From Nemertoderma westbladi (Eukaryota > Animalia > Xenacoelomorpha), in the NCBI GenBank assembly GCA_032718475.1, contig JAUCBJ010001608.1, forward strand, positions 4,022 to 68,021: a stretch of 64,000 nt of DNA, given 5' to 3'. A program made the translations under genes and the position numbers. Shown here piece after piece: positions 24,053-36,400 of this stretch. Every line of letters begins with the position of its first letter. Positions within the stretch are counted from its first letter, which is position 1. Below the pieces are notes generated by a model, which was given only the letters and a program-made list of their open reading frames with translations, did no database searches and had not been told where the DNA came from.

Positions 24053-24562
24053 ATAAAACTCTCCCACGGAAAAGTAGTTATAAAATTCCGAATCAACGAA
24101 ATCATTATCGATAACCAGCTCCGCATATTCGCTGTTCATCTGACAGAAAGGACGTCGTGCTCTTATTAGCTTGACATCATTGAGAACATTGACAGATCTG
24201 CAATGTCTAGTCCTAAAATATAGAAATATAATATTATACAGTCGTTTACTGATTGTTAAGCAAGTCAAATATTCACAAATAATGTAATTCAAATTAGGCC
24301 TGTCTAAATAAACAACAAACCTTGAGCATCTTGCCATACATTTTATTTGACTTGTGGTCACAACATCATCCAACACATGATTTATAAGCTGTTTATGTTC
24401 TAAATATCCCGTATTCCCTGATCCATATGTTATTGACCTTTGACATGAGATGAACTCATTCTCTGCTTCTGCACTTCCTACTATTCCCCATAACAACAAT
24501 ACGGCAATAATTAACATTAGATAAACTTGATGTGTATTAAATAACGAAGCAAAATGAGTCAT
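24053..24562 (-). CDS. Small secreted PAN/Apple-domain protein (host gene): exon 24562-24321, 108-bp intron 24320-24213, exon 24212-24053, tentative last exon 23775-23752
   Basis: Hydrophobic signal peptide (LMLIIAVLLLWGIVGSAEA). Removing the GT...tttctatattttAG intron restores the PAN pattern LINHVL..TTSQIKCMARCSR.RHCRSVN...CQMNSE...YNYF. GTATGT donor at 24052. Confidence 0.75.
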
Positions 24563-25041
24563 AATGAACGATCGATAGCAGCATTATTACCGTTCTGCTG
24601 TTACTTTACTTACAAGTAAAGCATTAATACTCTTATGTATTTAACTCGCAGATACTGTATTTTAGATAAAATAATGTGAGGAACTTCTGTATCTATTGAT
24701 TAGAATGATCGTATTAAATGAAAAATATATGTCAATAATGCACATGATTGATACGAAACTGATGGGAGTTTAATAAGAAAATAAATTATGTATTACTCTG
24801 CAAAGCTTAAAGCGCAACAGCGGAAACTGAGGAAAACCCAACCATGAAATATCTTAAATCCACCTGCCATCAGGGATTGGATAATTAGTTTAATCTTTGT
24901 TAGCACATTTAATCATTGATAACCTTTAATATGATTGTTAAATGTGTGATGGTGATCGATCACTAGTGAGGAAAACGATTTGTTTGTTTGTGTTGAAACC
25001 TGACCGTTCCAAACAGTGTGGCGCGTAAGATTGTATTGGAA

Positions 25042-28000
25042 TCTTTGGGACTCAAAGTTAGCCGTTTAACACTCCTGGTTTCTGTGGGACTCAAAGTTAG
25101 CCATTCAACACTCTTGGTTGCTGTGGGACTGAAAGTTAGCCTTTCAACGCTCCTGGTTTCTGTGGGACTCAAAGTTAGCCAGCCGTTCAACACTCCTGGT
25201 TTCTGTGCGACATATGTTTATTAAGTTAGCCGTTCCACACTCCTGGTTTCTGTGGGACTCAAAGTTAGCCGTTCAATACTCCTGGGTTCTGTGGGACTCA
25301 AAGTTAGCCATTCAACACTCTTGGTTGCTGTGGGACTGAAAGTTAGCCTTTCAACACTCCTGGTTTCTGTGGGACTCAAAGTTAGCCAGCCGTTCAACAC
25401 TCCTGGTTTCTGTGCGACATATGTTTATTAAGTTAGCCGTTCCACACTCCTGGTTTCTGTGGGACTGAAAGTTAGCCTTTCAACACTCCTGGTTTCTGTG
25501 GGACTCAAAGTTAGCCAGCCGTTCAACACTCCTGGTTTCTGTGCGACATATGTTTATTAAGTTAGCCGTTCAACACTCCTGGTTTCTGTAGCACTCAAAG
25601 TTAGCCGCTCAACACTCCTGGTTTCTGTGGGACTCAAAGTTAGCCGTTCCACACTCCTGGTTTCTGTGGGACTCAAAGTTAGCCGTTCAATACTCCTGGG
25701 TTCTGTGGGACTCAAAGTTAGCCATTCAACACTCTTGGTTGCTGTGGGACTGAAAGTTAGCCTTTCAACACTCCTGGTTTCTGTGGGACTCAAAGTTAGC
25801 CAGCCGTTCAACACTCCTGGTTTCTGTGCGACATATGTTTATTAAGTTAGCCGTTCCACACTCCTGGTTTCTGTGGGACTGAAAGTTAGCCTTTCAACAC
25901 TCCTGGTTTCTGTGGGACTCAAAGTTAGCCAGCCGTTCAACACTCCTGGTTTCTGTGCGACATATGTTTATTAAGTTAGCCGTTCCACACTCCTGGTTTC
26001 TGTGGGACTCAAAGTTAGCCGTTCAACACTCTTGGTTGCTGTGGGACTGAAAGTTAGCCTTTCAACACTCCTGGTTTCTGTGGGACTCAAAGTTAGCCAG
26101 CCGTTCAACACTCCTGGTTTCTGTGCGACATATGTTTATTAAGTTAGCCGTTCCACACTCCTGGTTTCTGTGGGACTGAAAGTTAGCCTTTCAACACTCC
26201 TGGTTTCTGTGGGACTCAAAGTTAGCCAGCCGTTCAACACTCCTGGTTTATGTGCGACATATGTTTATTAAGTTAGCCGTTCCACACTCCTGGGTTCTGT
26301 GGGACTCAAAGTTAGCCATTCAACACTCTTGGTTGCTGTGGGACTGAAAGTTAGCCTTTCAATACTCCTGGGTTCTGTGGGACTCAAAGTTAGCCATTCA
26401 ACACTCTTGGTTGCTGTGGGACTGAAAGTTAGCCTTTCAATACTCCTGGGTTCTGTGGGACTCAAAGTTAGCCATTCAACACTCTTGGTTGCTGTGGGAC
26501 TGAAAGTTAGCCTTTCAACACTCCTGGTTTCTGTGGGACTCAAAGTTAGCCAGCCGTTCAACACTCCTGGTTTCTGTGCGACATATGTTTATTAAGTTAG
26601 CCGTTCCACACTCCTGGTTTCTGTGGGACTCAAAGTTAGCCGTTCAACACTCCTGGTTTCTGTGGGACTCAAAGTTAGCCAGCCGTTCAACACTCCTGGT
26701 TTCTGTGCGACATATGTTTATTAAGTTAGCCGTTCCACACTCCTGGTTTCTGTGGGACTCAAAGTTAGCCGTTCAACTGTCCTGGTTTCTGTGGGACATA
26801 TGTTTATTAAGTTAGCCGTTCAACAGTCCTGGTTTCTGTGGGACTCAATGTTAACCGTTCAACACTCCTGGTTTCTGTGCAAAATATGTTTATTAAGTTA
26901 GCCGTTCCACACTCCTGGTTTCTGTGGGACTCAAAGTCAGCCGTTCAACACTCCTGGTTTCTGTGGGACTCAAAGTTAGCCGTTCAACACTCCTGGTTTC
27001 TGTGGGACTCAAAGTTAGCCGTTCAATACTCCTGGTTTCTGTGGGACTCAAAGTTAGCCGTTCAAAACTCCTGGTTTCTGTGGGACTCAAAGTTAGCCGT
27101 TCAACACTCCTGGTTTCTGTGGGACTCAAAGTTAGCCGTTCAACACTCCTGGTTTCTGTGGGACTCAAAGTTAGCCGTTCAACACTCCTGGTTTCTGTGC
27201 GACATATGTTTAATAAGTTAGCCGTTTAACACTCCTGGTTTCAACACTCCTAGTTTCTGTGGGACTCAAAGTTAGCCGTTCCACACTCCTGGTTTCTGTG
27301 GGACTCAAAGTTAGCCGTTCAACTCTCCTGGTTTCTGTGGGACTCAAAGTTAGCCTTTCAACACTCCTGGTTTCTGTGCGACATATGATTTTATTCAATT
27401 AGCCGTTCAACTCTCCTGGTTTCTGTGGGACTCAAAGTTAGCCGTGCAACAATACTGGTTTCTGTGTCACATAAGTATATTAAGTTAGCCGTTCCACACT
27501 CCTGGTTTCTGTGGGATTCAAAGTTAGCCGTTCAACACTCCTGGTTTCTGTGGGACTCAAAGTTAGCCGTTCAGCACTCATGGTTTCTGTGCGACATATG
27601 TTTATTAAGTTAGCCGTTTAACACTCCTGGTTTCTGTGAGACTCAAATTCAGCCGTTCAACACTCCTGGTTGTTTCTGTGGGACTCAAAGTTAGCCGTTC
27701 AACACTCCTGGTTTCTGTGAGACTCAAAGTGAGCCGTTCAACACTCATGGTTTCTGTGCGACATATGTTTATTAAGTTAGCCGTTTAACACTCCTGGTTT
27801 CTGTGAGACTCAAAGTTAGCCGTTCAACACTCCTGGTTTCTGTGGGATTCAAAGTTAGCCGTTCAACACTCCTGGTTTCTGTGGGACTCAAAGTTAGCCG
27901 TTCAACACTCCTGGTTTATGTGCGACATATGTGTATTAAGTTAGCCGTTCAACACTCTTGGTTTCTGTGCGACTCAAAGTTAGCCGTTCAACACTCTTGG

Positions 28001-28369
28001 TTGCTGTGGGACTGAAAGTTAGCCGTTCAACACTCCTGGTTTCTGTGGGACTCAAAGTTAGCCGTTCAACACTACTGGTTTCTGTGAGACTCAAAGTTAG
28101 CCGTTCAACACTCCTGGTTTCTGTGAGACTCAAAGTTAGCCGTTCAACACTACTGGTTTCTGTGAGACTCAAAGTTAGCCGTTCAACACTACTGGTTTCT
28201 GTGAGACTCAACGTTAGCCGTTCAACACTCCTGGTTTCTGTGCGACTCAAAGTTATCCGTTCAACACTCCTGGTTTCTGTGCGACATATGTTTATTAAGT
28301 TAGCAGTTCAACTGTCCTGGTTTCTGTGGGACTCAAACCGTTCAACACTCCTGGTTTCTGTGGGACTAA
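25042..28369. repeat. 39-bp tandem satellite/minisatellite, left part, with 43- and 47-bp variant units
   Basis: Unit ctcctggtttctgtgggactcaaagttagccgttcaaca; variants with an extra agcc, and with gcgacatatgtttattaag. Confidence 0.97.
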
Positions 28370-29570
28370 TGTAAAAGCTTTTGCGTCATTAACCGGTTAT
28401 TTTCCCTTAAAGTACTCTGTAGTTGGTTTGCCAGGCATAAAAGGGCCGTGTCCTTGCTGTACTGGTGTTTTAGAGGACATAAAAGTCATTTCTTATGTAT
28501 TTGTACTGTATTTGTACTTTAGAGGACGTAATCCGCAATCTCGTGACGCGATAAGCTAGATACTCTTGAAAACAGTGTCGCTACCATGACGACGGCTAAC
28601 AGCTGATATTGCCACGTCGACGTTTCTTTGTTTCTTTGTTCTCTCGTTGTTCGGTTGACCAATCAGAGCGTTTTTTGTCTCTGTGTTGGAGGTGTATACA
28701 GAAACTCAGTAGTTCAGTGTTATGTTTTTTGCTAGAGCCTAAGAACATCGGCCTTTGGCACCTACGTATATCAGCATTCTTTAGCTTTACATTAGTAGGC
28801 TTAATTATAGAACGTATATCTGTTATCGAACGAACTTAACAATCCAAATCGACCTACCTACATACAATCTTATCATACATATCTATGCAATTCATATCTT
28901 ACATTACTGCTTTTGCTGTTGGTTATTCGTTATATTTGTTGATGAAATATTATATCGGAATACTGATCAATAGTCAGACACCCCACCTTCTTGATATACT
29001 AAAGGTTAGAGAGACCGGTTACAGATAAACGATTGCGACCTATGTATGTTAAGTGGTTTGAAGTGAATCTAATGCTATTTCATATGCCCAACATAAATTG
29101 TCTGTTGCTCTCTTTATACGTGACCAAATTTAGTGAAGGTCGGCAGATTAGTGTGCAGTATTGTGCAGCATTGTGTATGATTGTAACTGATAACAAAGCA
29201 TCTCCTAAAGAATGTGCCATATACGTTAATCTATAGCCTTTTCGTTGTGTCTAGTTTAAGTCATAACTCTGTTTACATATTTAGAGCGCCATGTCCTAAA
29301 GGAACTGTTAATATTTCCCGAAAGTGAATAATATTGGTCAGAGATTATATATTACGATCAGTCGAATAATACGGTAGGCTTACACTATCAATCATTAAGC
29401 TCCGAACTCAGTCTCCCGGGTATATCCAACGGGTGAATGATTGCGCATAGACTGGCTTCGGCTAATGTAGTGTATCAAATACTCGTCATAAAGCTAAAGA
29501 ATATATATCATCTAAAAGACATTCTAATTTTGGCAGGTTAAACTGTCAAAGGTCTTCAAAAGCGCAAACA
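28370..29570 (+). repeat. 5' LTR of copy B
   Basis: Direct repeat of 46027-47227; four substitutions spotted by eye. CCAAT box gaccaatcag near 28657. Confidence 0.96.
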
Positions 29571-29851
29571 ATAACAGATATTGCTTCTGGATTGCGGTGT
29601 AAGCAATCTAGTATAAAGTACCGGTCGACCGGTAACCAGTAGGCCTGACTGCCTGATCATCCGGACCGGTATCTACTTACGGTACAGGTACAGCAGTATT
29701 ATTCGATTGTGGTATTGTATACCGGTAGGCTGTTTAAGAGATTAGGGACTGTACACCCCTTGTTTCTTTTGGAGCTTACTTATTTCTGTCAGTTTTATTT
29801 ATTTGTAGGCCAGTATTGAGCAGAAGGCGTGTAAGCCTGTTCGGATTGTAC

Positions 29852-30427
29852 AGATAATTTGTAGGCTTGACTGTTGGCTAACTGTTGATTAGGTTTGAAC
29901 GGATTGCAGTGCATGTAGAGTGTATGTCCGATAAAGAACGGTTAGGAAGTAGGGGCAGCCATTGCTGTAAGGTAAACCCCCATCTAAAGAATAAGTCGTA
30001 CTACTGGGTTAGAACGCATACTACTTAACCATTTCGGAGTCCGCATGTCCTGTGGTTTATTTAGGCCTGATAGGAGTCCGCCGGCGTTTGGTCTGTACTT
30101 TGTTTGTGTAGTCTGTATGGGTAGCGTATAATTTTATTTAGATAATTTGTAGGCTGGATAGTTGTCTGGCTGCTGTTGGGTTTGAGGAAATTTCGGTGTG
30201 TGTAAAGCATCTGTCCAATAAAGAACGGTTAGGAAGTAGGGGCAGCCATTGCTGTAAGGTAAACCCCCATCTAAAGAATAAGTCGTACTACTGGGTTAGA
30301 ACGCATACTACTTAACCATTTCGGAGTCTACATATACCGTAGTTTGTTTAGGCTTGATAGTAGTCTGTCAGTATTTGGTCTGCACTTTGTTTGAATGGTT
30401 TGTACGCGTAGCGTAATATTTATTATT
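29852..30427 (+). repeat. ~287-bp tandem duplication in the 5' leader of copy B with an identical 111-nt core
   Basis: Core ataaagaacgg...tttcggagtc is identical at 29931-30041 and 30218-30328; flanks are diverged but base-pair. Confidence 0.9.
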
Positions 30428-31428
30428 CAGAGTTTATGCGATTATTCGCAACATTCATATTCCCCAAGTTTATTCCTACAGTAATTGTGTTTGTTATACA
30501 TACCGTTATAGTTAAACTAACCCCGGTACTATACGGGCTGCTCGGCGTAGGTAAAGACTGGTGATTTTGTGCACCGGTCACTCCAGCAGATGCCGTGGTT
30601 CTTTTAGCTGTTCAAGTATTTTTAACTACTAATTATTGTTGTACAAGTACTTGTACCTAATTTAGGGTTTAGTGTACAGTGCTTTCCGAAAGCAATTAGT
30701 GTGTAGGCAGTATATTTGTGTTGTAAAGTGGTTAATAGGCACGTTGGTTCTGGTAGACCTCGGTAATTAACTTCTAGATAGGGACACTCCGTGATACATA
30801 ACGTAGTACCTATAGCGATACGGTTATAGGTCGTCAGGCGGTGGTATTTTCCTATCTGGACAACGCAGTATATTTACTACTACTTATTATTTTCAAATAC
30901 CGTAGTAACCTGTCCGTTGTAATAACCAGATATTCTAACCCTTTGTTAGGCTGGTTAGTAGACTTCTTGTAAAATTACCCTAAAAATTCGTATTTGTGTA
31001 TTTGTAATTAAAATTTTTGTGTTTATTTAGAGATTGTAATCTCAACCCGAATTGTACGTAATTTGTAGTATTAAGTAACTTAGGTAAATTAGAATTATTT
31101 GTTTTAGTGTCTAACAAGTAGCACTCCACTGAGAGCGCACAACTTATGTGTAGTGACTCCCCCAGAAATAATAACATTTATTTCAAACATTGACAAAACC
31201 CATTAAACGGGTATATATATATTATAAATCAACTCAAACGATTTATAAATAGTAGGCCTGCCATACCACAATTAGGTCTCAATATCAGTTGGACTACTGC
31301 TTAAATAACGGTAATAAAGTAAGTTAAAGTAACCAAGAACCCTTAAAATTCAGAAATTCAATTATTCTAAAATAATTGACATACCGGTATTTCCAATAGG
31401 CTTATTATATTTATTTAAATAAACTTAA

Positions 31429-32965
31429 CCCTATTAAACCCGGGGGGGGGGGGGTCAATATGACCCCCCGTGGTTTTTTTATTATAATTCTGAAACAAAC
31501 GCAGTTGGGAATCTGAAATTTTATGACTTTTCCTAAAAATCATTGTCTTCCTATTAGTGTAAACCGTTTTCAAAAATTTTGGGTAGTTTTCGAGTTATAG
31601 GACCATTTTTTAACCCTACTTTTGGCACTTTTTTTGAGACGTTTTTTGAAAATTACATTTCATTAAATATTAATTGTAACATCTCTATTTTTGATTACAC
31701 CGGTTTTTTGGTGTTAGCAATTGGATGGAATTCATATAAATTGATTTATAAATTTCAAACTTGTTTTTTTCGGCGGGTGCCAAATTTTGGTGCCAGCACC
31801 AAATTTTGAAATATTATGTCAATTTTGTAAATTGATTGTTTGTAACTTGTTTTTTACGCAATTGGGGTTTTTTGGGGTTCTGGTTTCTAAGAAATATATA
31901 CGAGTTGCACCAAGCGTATCAAACTTGTATTTTTCGGTGCTGTGTGCAAATTTTGGTGCTAGCACGAAATTTTGAAAATAAATTCAATAGATAAAATTGC
32001 TTGTGACAATTTATTTCTTGCATTTTAGAGGTTTATGGCTTTTCTGAATTCAATAGAATATATAATTATCGAACTAGACATCTCAAACCTGTATTTTTCG
32101 GAAGTGGGTGCAAAATGTGGTGCTAGCACCAAATTTTGAAAACCATCACATATATCAATTGATTGTGTCATCTTGTCTCTTGCGTTATACGAGTTTGTTA
32201 GGGTTCTGAATTCAATGGAATCAGTAAAAATTGCATAATAGTTTTCAAACTTACATTTTTCGCCGGTGGGTGAAAATTGTTGTGCCAGCACCAAATTTTG
32301 GAAAATGAGTAAATTGATCAGTAGATAGTATCATCTTGTTTCTTGCGTTATACGGGTTTATGAGGGTCCTGAATTCAATGGAATCAATAAAAACAGCACT
32401 GGACATCGCAAACTTGTACTTTTTGGTGATGGGTACGAAATTTGGTGCTAGCACCAAAATTTGCCAAATTACGCCGAAAAATACAAGTAGCAATGATCTA
32501 GCATATTTGAAATGTATTCCATTAGAATCAGCGCCCTAGAAAATCTGAAAATGTGAATCTATAGCATCGTATAAGTGAATTAAAAACTGGTTACTTGTTT
32601 TTTTCATTTTTTTCCTACGCATAGAGGACTAAACAGCCATTTATGGTAATCATATCATTTTTAAATATTTTTCAATGTATTTTGCGCCCCAGAAAACCTG
32701 TATTGAAAAACAATTAGCCGAAAAATGTAACTTTAAAATTTTGTGAAAATTGTGCACTACTTGTAGTTTTGGTGCTGCAATATTACCACCCCAGTACATT
32801 TTTTCGAAAATTTTTTTTTCGGTCGGATCCAGACTAGTGATACCTATGTACAAACAAAAAATCAGACGTTTTCGTTAATATTTGTAGATTTTAGAGGGAG
32901 GGGTCAATATGACCCCCCCCCCCCCCGGTATTTGTACAACATTTTATAGCCCGGTACTAATAGGG
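31429..32965. mobile_element. Non-autonomous piggyBac-like DNA transposon nested in the leader of copy B
   Basis: TTAA duplicated (31425-31428 / 32966-32969), CCCTATTA...TAATAGGG termini, asymmetric subterminal IR (G-run)tcaatatga(C-run). The empty site is present in copy A near 14495. No transposase. Confidence 0.9.
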
Positions 32966-32969
32966 TTAA

Positions 32970-33219
32970 GCTGAAATCATACCGGTATTCTGTAATTAAT
33001 TCTAGTTAATAATTATACTTGTATTATATATACTATAAGTGTAAACTGCATACCGGTATCCACGATAGGCCTATTATATATTTATATACTTGTGCTGAAA
33101 TCATACCGGTATTCTGTAATTAATTCTAGTTAATAATTATACTTGTATTATATATACTATAAGTGTAAACTGCATACCGGTATCCACGATAGGCCTATTA
33201 TATATTTATATATATTTGT
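32970..33219. repeat. 124-bp tandem duplication rich in ATACCGGTAT palindromes, upstream of gag
   Basis: gctgaaatcataccggtattctg at 32970 and 33094. A related, more diverged repeat array lies in copy A at 14280-14520. Confidence 0.88.
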
Positions 33220-33426
33220 GCTAAAATTACCTACCGGTATTCTGTGATAAACTAGTCTGTAATAATACTTATATATACTATAAGCATACCGGTATACTAT
33301 TATATTATATATCACGCTACACTGAGTAGCAGTATCGGTAATTAATTACTAGGCTAGCAGTTAATACTGAATTACTAGACTTACTTAGACTGTAATAGCA
33401 GTAGACATTCAACTGTGTAAACAAAC

Positions 33427-36400
33427 ATGTCTGATACTAAGCAGAACCTGTCAGACAGTTTATTAGATGTAACTATCTGCGACTCAGATAGAGGTGTAGA
33501 ACCGTCTAGTCCTAAGTTCAGTTCACCTCCCACTGTGAGGAAGGTCATCCCTCCAGTAGTAATAACAGAACCTAGGCTGGTCCAACATCGTAGGTCTATC
33601 ATAGGCACTCGAGCTCAGGTCAAGCGGGACCAAGAAGCAGCGGAACAGCAACAACCCGCGAGCCAAGAACTTATTTCTCAGCGGCCCGACAGCTCCAGTA
33701 GTGAAGATACTGTAGAACTGACACCCGAGCGCGGAGCAAAGATGCGGTTTATTCGGATCCCCTTCTCATCCTTCCTGCAGCCGTACTCACTAGGTTATTG
33801 ATCGCGGTGGAAGAACACCAGATCGATTGGGCGAGAAGTAAGCGATCAACTAAAGATAGTTATGAGGGATACACAAGGGAAGAACTGAAGTCTATGGTCG
33901 AGTCGCAATGGAACTTCCCCGGACCCGGACTCCCGTTTGATTTATCAGAAGCTGCCTGGGAAGACATACACCGGATGGGAGTAGCCAAGGAAACCATCGA
34001 TCCAGCTGTATGGAAGAGGTCCGCAGCCGGATAAGCACAAGGATTCTTCAGCTCTATGGAGCGAGTAGAAAAACAACTGTTTCAACAACCTCAAGGACCT
34101 CAAGAGCAGGGACAACTGCTTTATCAAGTTAGAGAAAGAATTCTGCGAATTAGGCTAATCTTATCGGCCTTTGAGGAGGCTTCTAAAAGAAGACAAGACA
34201 CGTCGTTGCAAGTTGCCGTAAAGACTTGGTTTCAACGGGTGAGTCGCCAGGTTCAAGGAACAGCTCAGTGGAAAGCTCAGCTGGAGGAGCGCTCAACCCA
34301 TGGAGAATCAACAGACGCTACTTTTTCCCAAGTGGAAAGTGAAGCGACGTTAGAGAAACCGCATAAGAGGGATGCCATTGACATCTATCTGTCAGACTAT
34401 CAGCGTTTCGTAGGTGATGAAGAGTTGAGGAGAAGGTTGGACGGACTTAGCCCTAATAGTGAAGGAGCCCAGCGTGTGTTGGACGCCATCGATGTGGATA
34501 TGAGAGCTGCGAACCAAGCTAAATTTGATGAAAGCATCCGCATCACTAAGGTTCAAGAAGAACAAGTAAAGAAAAAACGTATAGAAGACAGAAAGATAGC
34601 AGCAGCGGCAGCAGCAGTGGCAGAAGCAGAAAGAAAAGCGGCAGTGGCAGAGGCAGAAAGAAAAGCGGCCTTGGCAGCTGCAGTGGCAGAAGCAGAAAGA
34701 AAAGCAGCGACAGCAGCAGTGGCAGAAGCAGAAAGAAAGGCGGCAGTGGCAGAGGTAGAAAGAAAAGCGGCCTTGGCAGCTGCAGTGGCAGAAGCAGAAA
34801 GAAAGGCGGCTTTGGCAGCTGCAGTGGCAGAAGCAGAACGAAAGGCGTCTGAAGAGACTGCCCAACTAGAGTTGGAAAATCTTCAAGAGAGACAATACAA
34901 CTTTAATAAACAGTTAACAGCTAGTAATATGCAGATGATGAATCGATCTACTCCCAAAAGACAGGGTTATACATCATCTGAGGAAGGCGATACCACCGAC
35001 ACTGAAGGCGGAGGAAATCGATCTCGCCTAAGCAGACGTAAAAGAACATCCCACCGTCAAAAATTGCCTGATTTGCCTCCAGCTGTTAGAAGGCAACTAA
35101 ATAACACCAACTTAGGTAGTACAGAACCCACAGACCAAATAATTACAATAGAGAGACTCCCTACTATAGTAGATGAGCCCGAAATAGTTAGGTCTGTTCC
35201 CGAAGCCACCCTTTCGGTCGTAGAGACACCTGTACTCCCTGAACCTACCTCTCAATTCCCTTTGCACAGCACTAAGCTACCTGTGCCCAGCAGAACAGTC
35301 CGTGAGACAGTTCATGCCCTGGACTCCGAGCGAAATATCCATGATTTGTCGCCCGTTGTCCCTCGTCCGCCCGCTACAACGTTGGCGAATCCCGCTTCGG
35401 CGGTTGAATGGGTGGATGAGAGACGACGGGGGATGGATCTCCTGCTCGGACAGATGCAGGAGACCGTTCAGCAATTCAAGGGCACAGTAAGGGAAAGTAG
35501 GCTAGAGTTGCAAGAAGTGCAGCATAGTATCGCGCTAGAACGCGATAAATTAGTAAATGCACAAAAGGGTATACCACCACCCCCTGTAACCATGTGTCAA
35601 CCTGTTAGGTCTGAAGTATCTCATGCGCAAGGTGTGGAGCCTACACGCATCTATACTGCTAGCGAAGTAGAAACTCCTATAGTGAACCCTATTAAGGGTA
35701 ATTATAGACCTGTTGATAATGATATTCCCTATAGACCGGATCATAATCCAAGAAATTTATATACCGATAACTCGATATTAAATAACACGATGGCCCAAGA
35801 AAGTTTTACGCGTCAAATGGCTAGAACCGAAGCCCGGCAAGCGGTAAAGGTGGGAGAGATCGTCAAGTTCAATGGAGATGAGATGAAATGGTTACCTTTT
35901 AATGAATATTACAAAGATAACATACAGAACTCTGTGCTATCTAATGGAGAGAAACTTAGATTCCTCATAGAGTGCTTGGAAGGATCTCCCAAGTTAATGG
36001 CGTTAAAGTTTATTGGACATCCAGACGGATTAAGACAAGTTTGGGATACACTAAACATCAGGTATGGTAATAGGAATAACATAGCTGGGTATTTGTATGC
36101 AAAGTTGGTAGCGCCCCGAAAGTTTATTAGCAGCGGAATTATAGAGTTTTCCGATGAGATTCAGGAGATCTGCAGGCAATTAGATTGGCTAGGTAAGTCT
36201 CATGAGTATCAGAATGCTATGGTTATTAGAGCAGTGGCTTCTACTTTACCGAAGGGTGGAGTAGGTACACGCTGGGATAAGAAAGTGCTATATATGATGG
36301 AACAACAACGACGAGACCCTACCATGGCTGATCTCATGTCATTCCTAGATGGAGAAGTGAAATTACAGCTCCTGAAACTGTCCAGAGAGAAGACACCGGA

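Noticed and set aside
25042-28369. CRISPR-like appearance of the regular repeat
   Set aside because: Units are head-to-tail with no unique spacers, there are no cas genes, and the context is eukaryotic.
24963-28374. Many ORFs with 13-aa repeats (LSPTETRSVERLT / VGLKVSRSTLLVS), also at 47203-48333
   Set aside because: Artefacts of a 39-bp satellite: open on both strands, broken by 43/47-bp variants with stops, no unique coding flanks.
28609-29236. 76-aa and 67-aa ORFs repeated at 46266 and 46690
   Set aside because: Short TTG-start frames duplicated only because they lie in the LTRs; no coding features. The same applies to 15679 and 20156.
28370-30427. Hammerhead ribozyme (retrozyme-like) in the LTR or leader of copy B
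   Set aside because: No CUGANGA plus GAAA core in the required helical arrangement found by eye.
34392-34865. Cys-rich antisense ORF (CFCHCSC repeats), also 12853-13171
   Set aside because: Shadow of the Ala/Glu/Arg/Lys gag repeat on the opposite strand.
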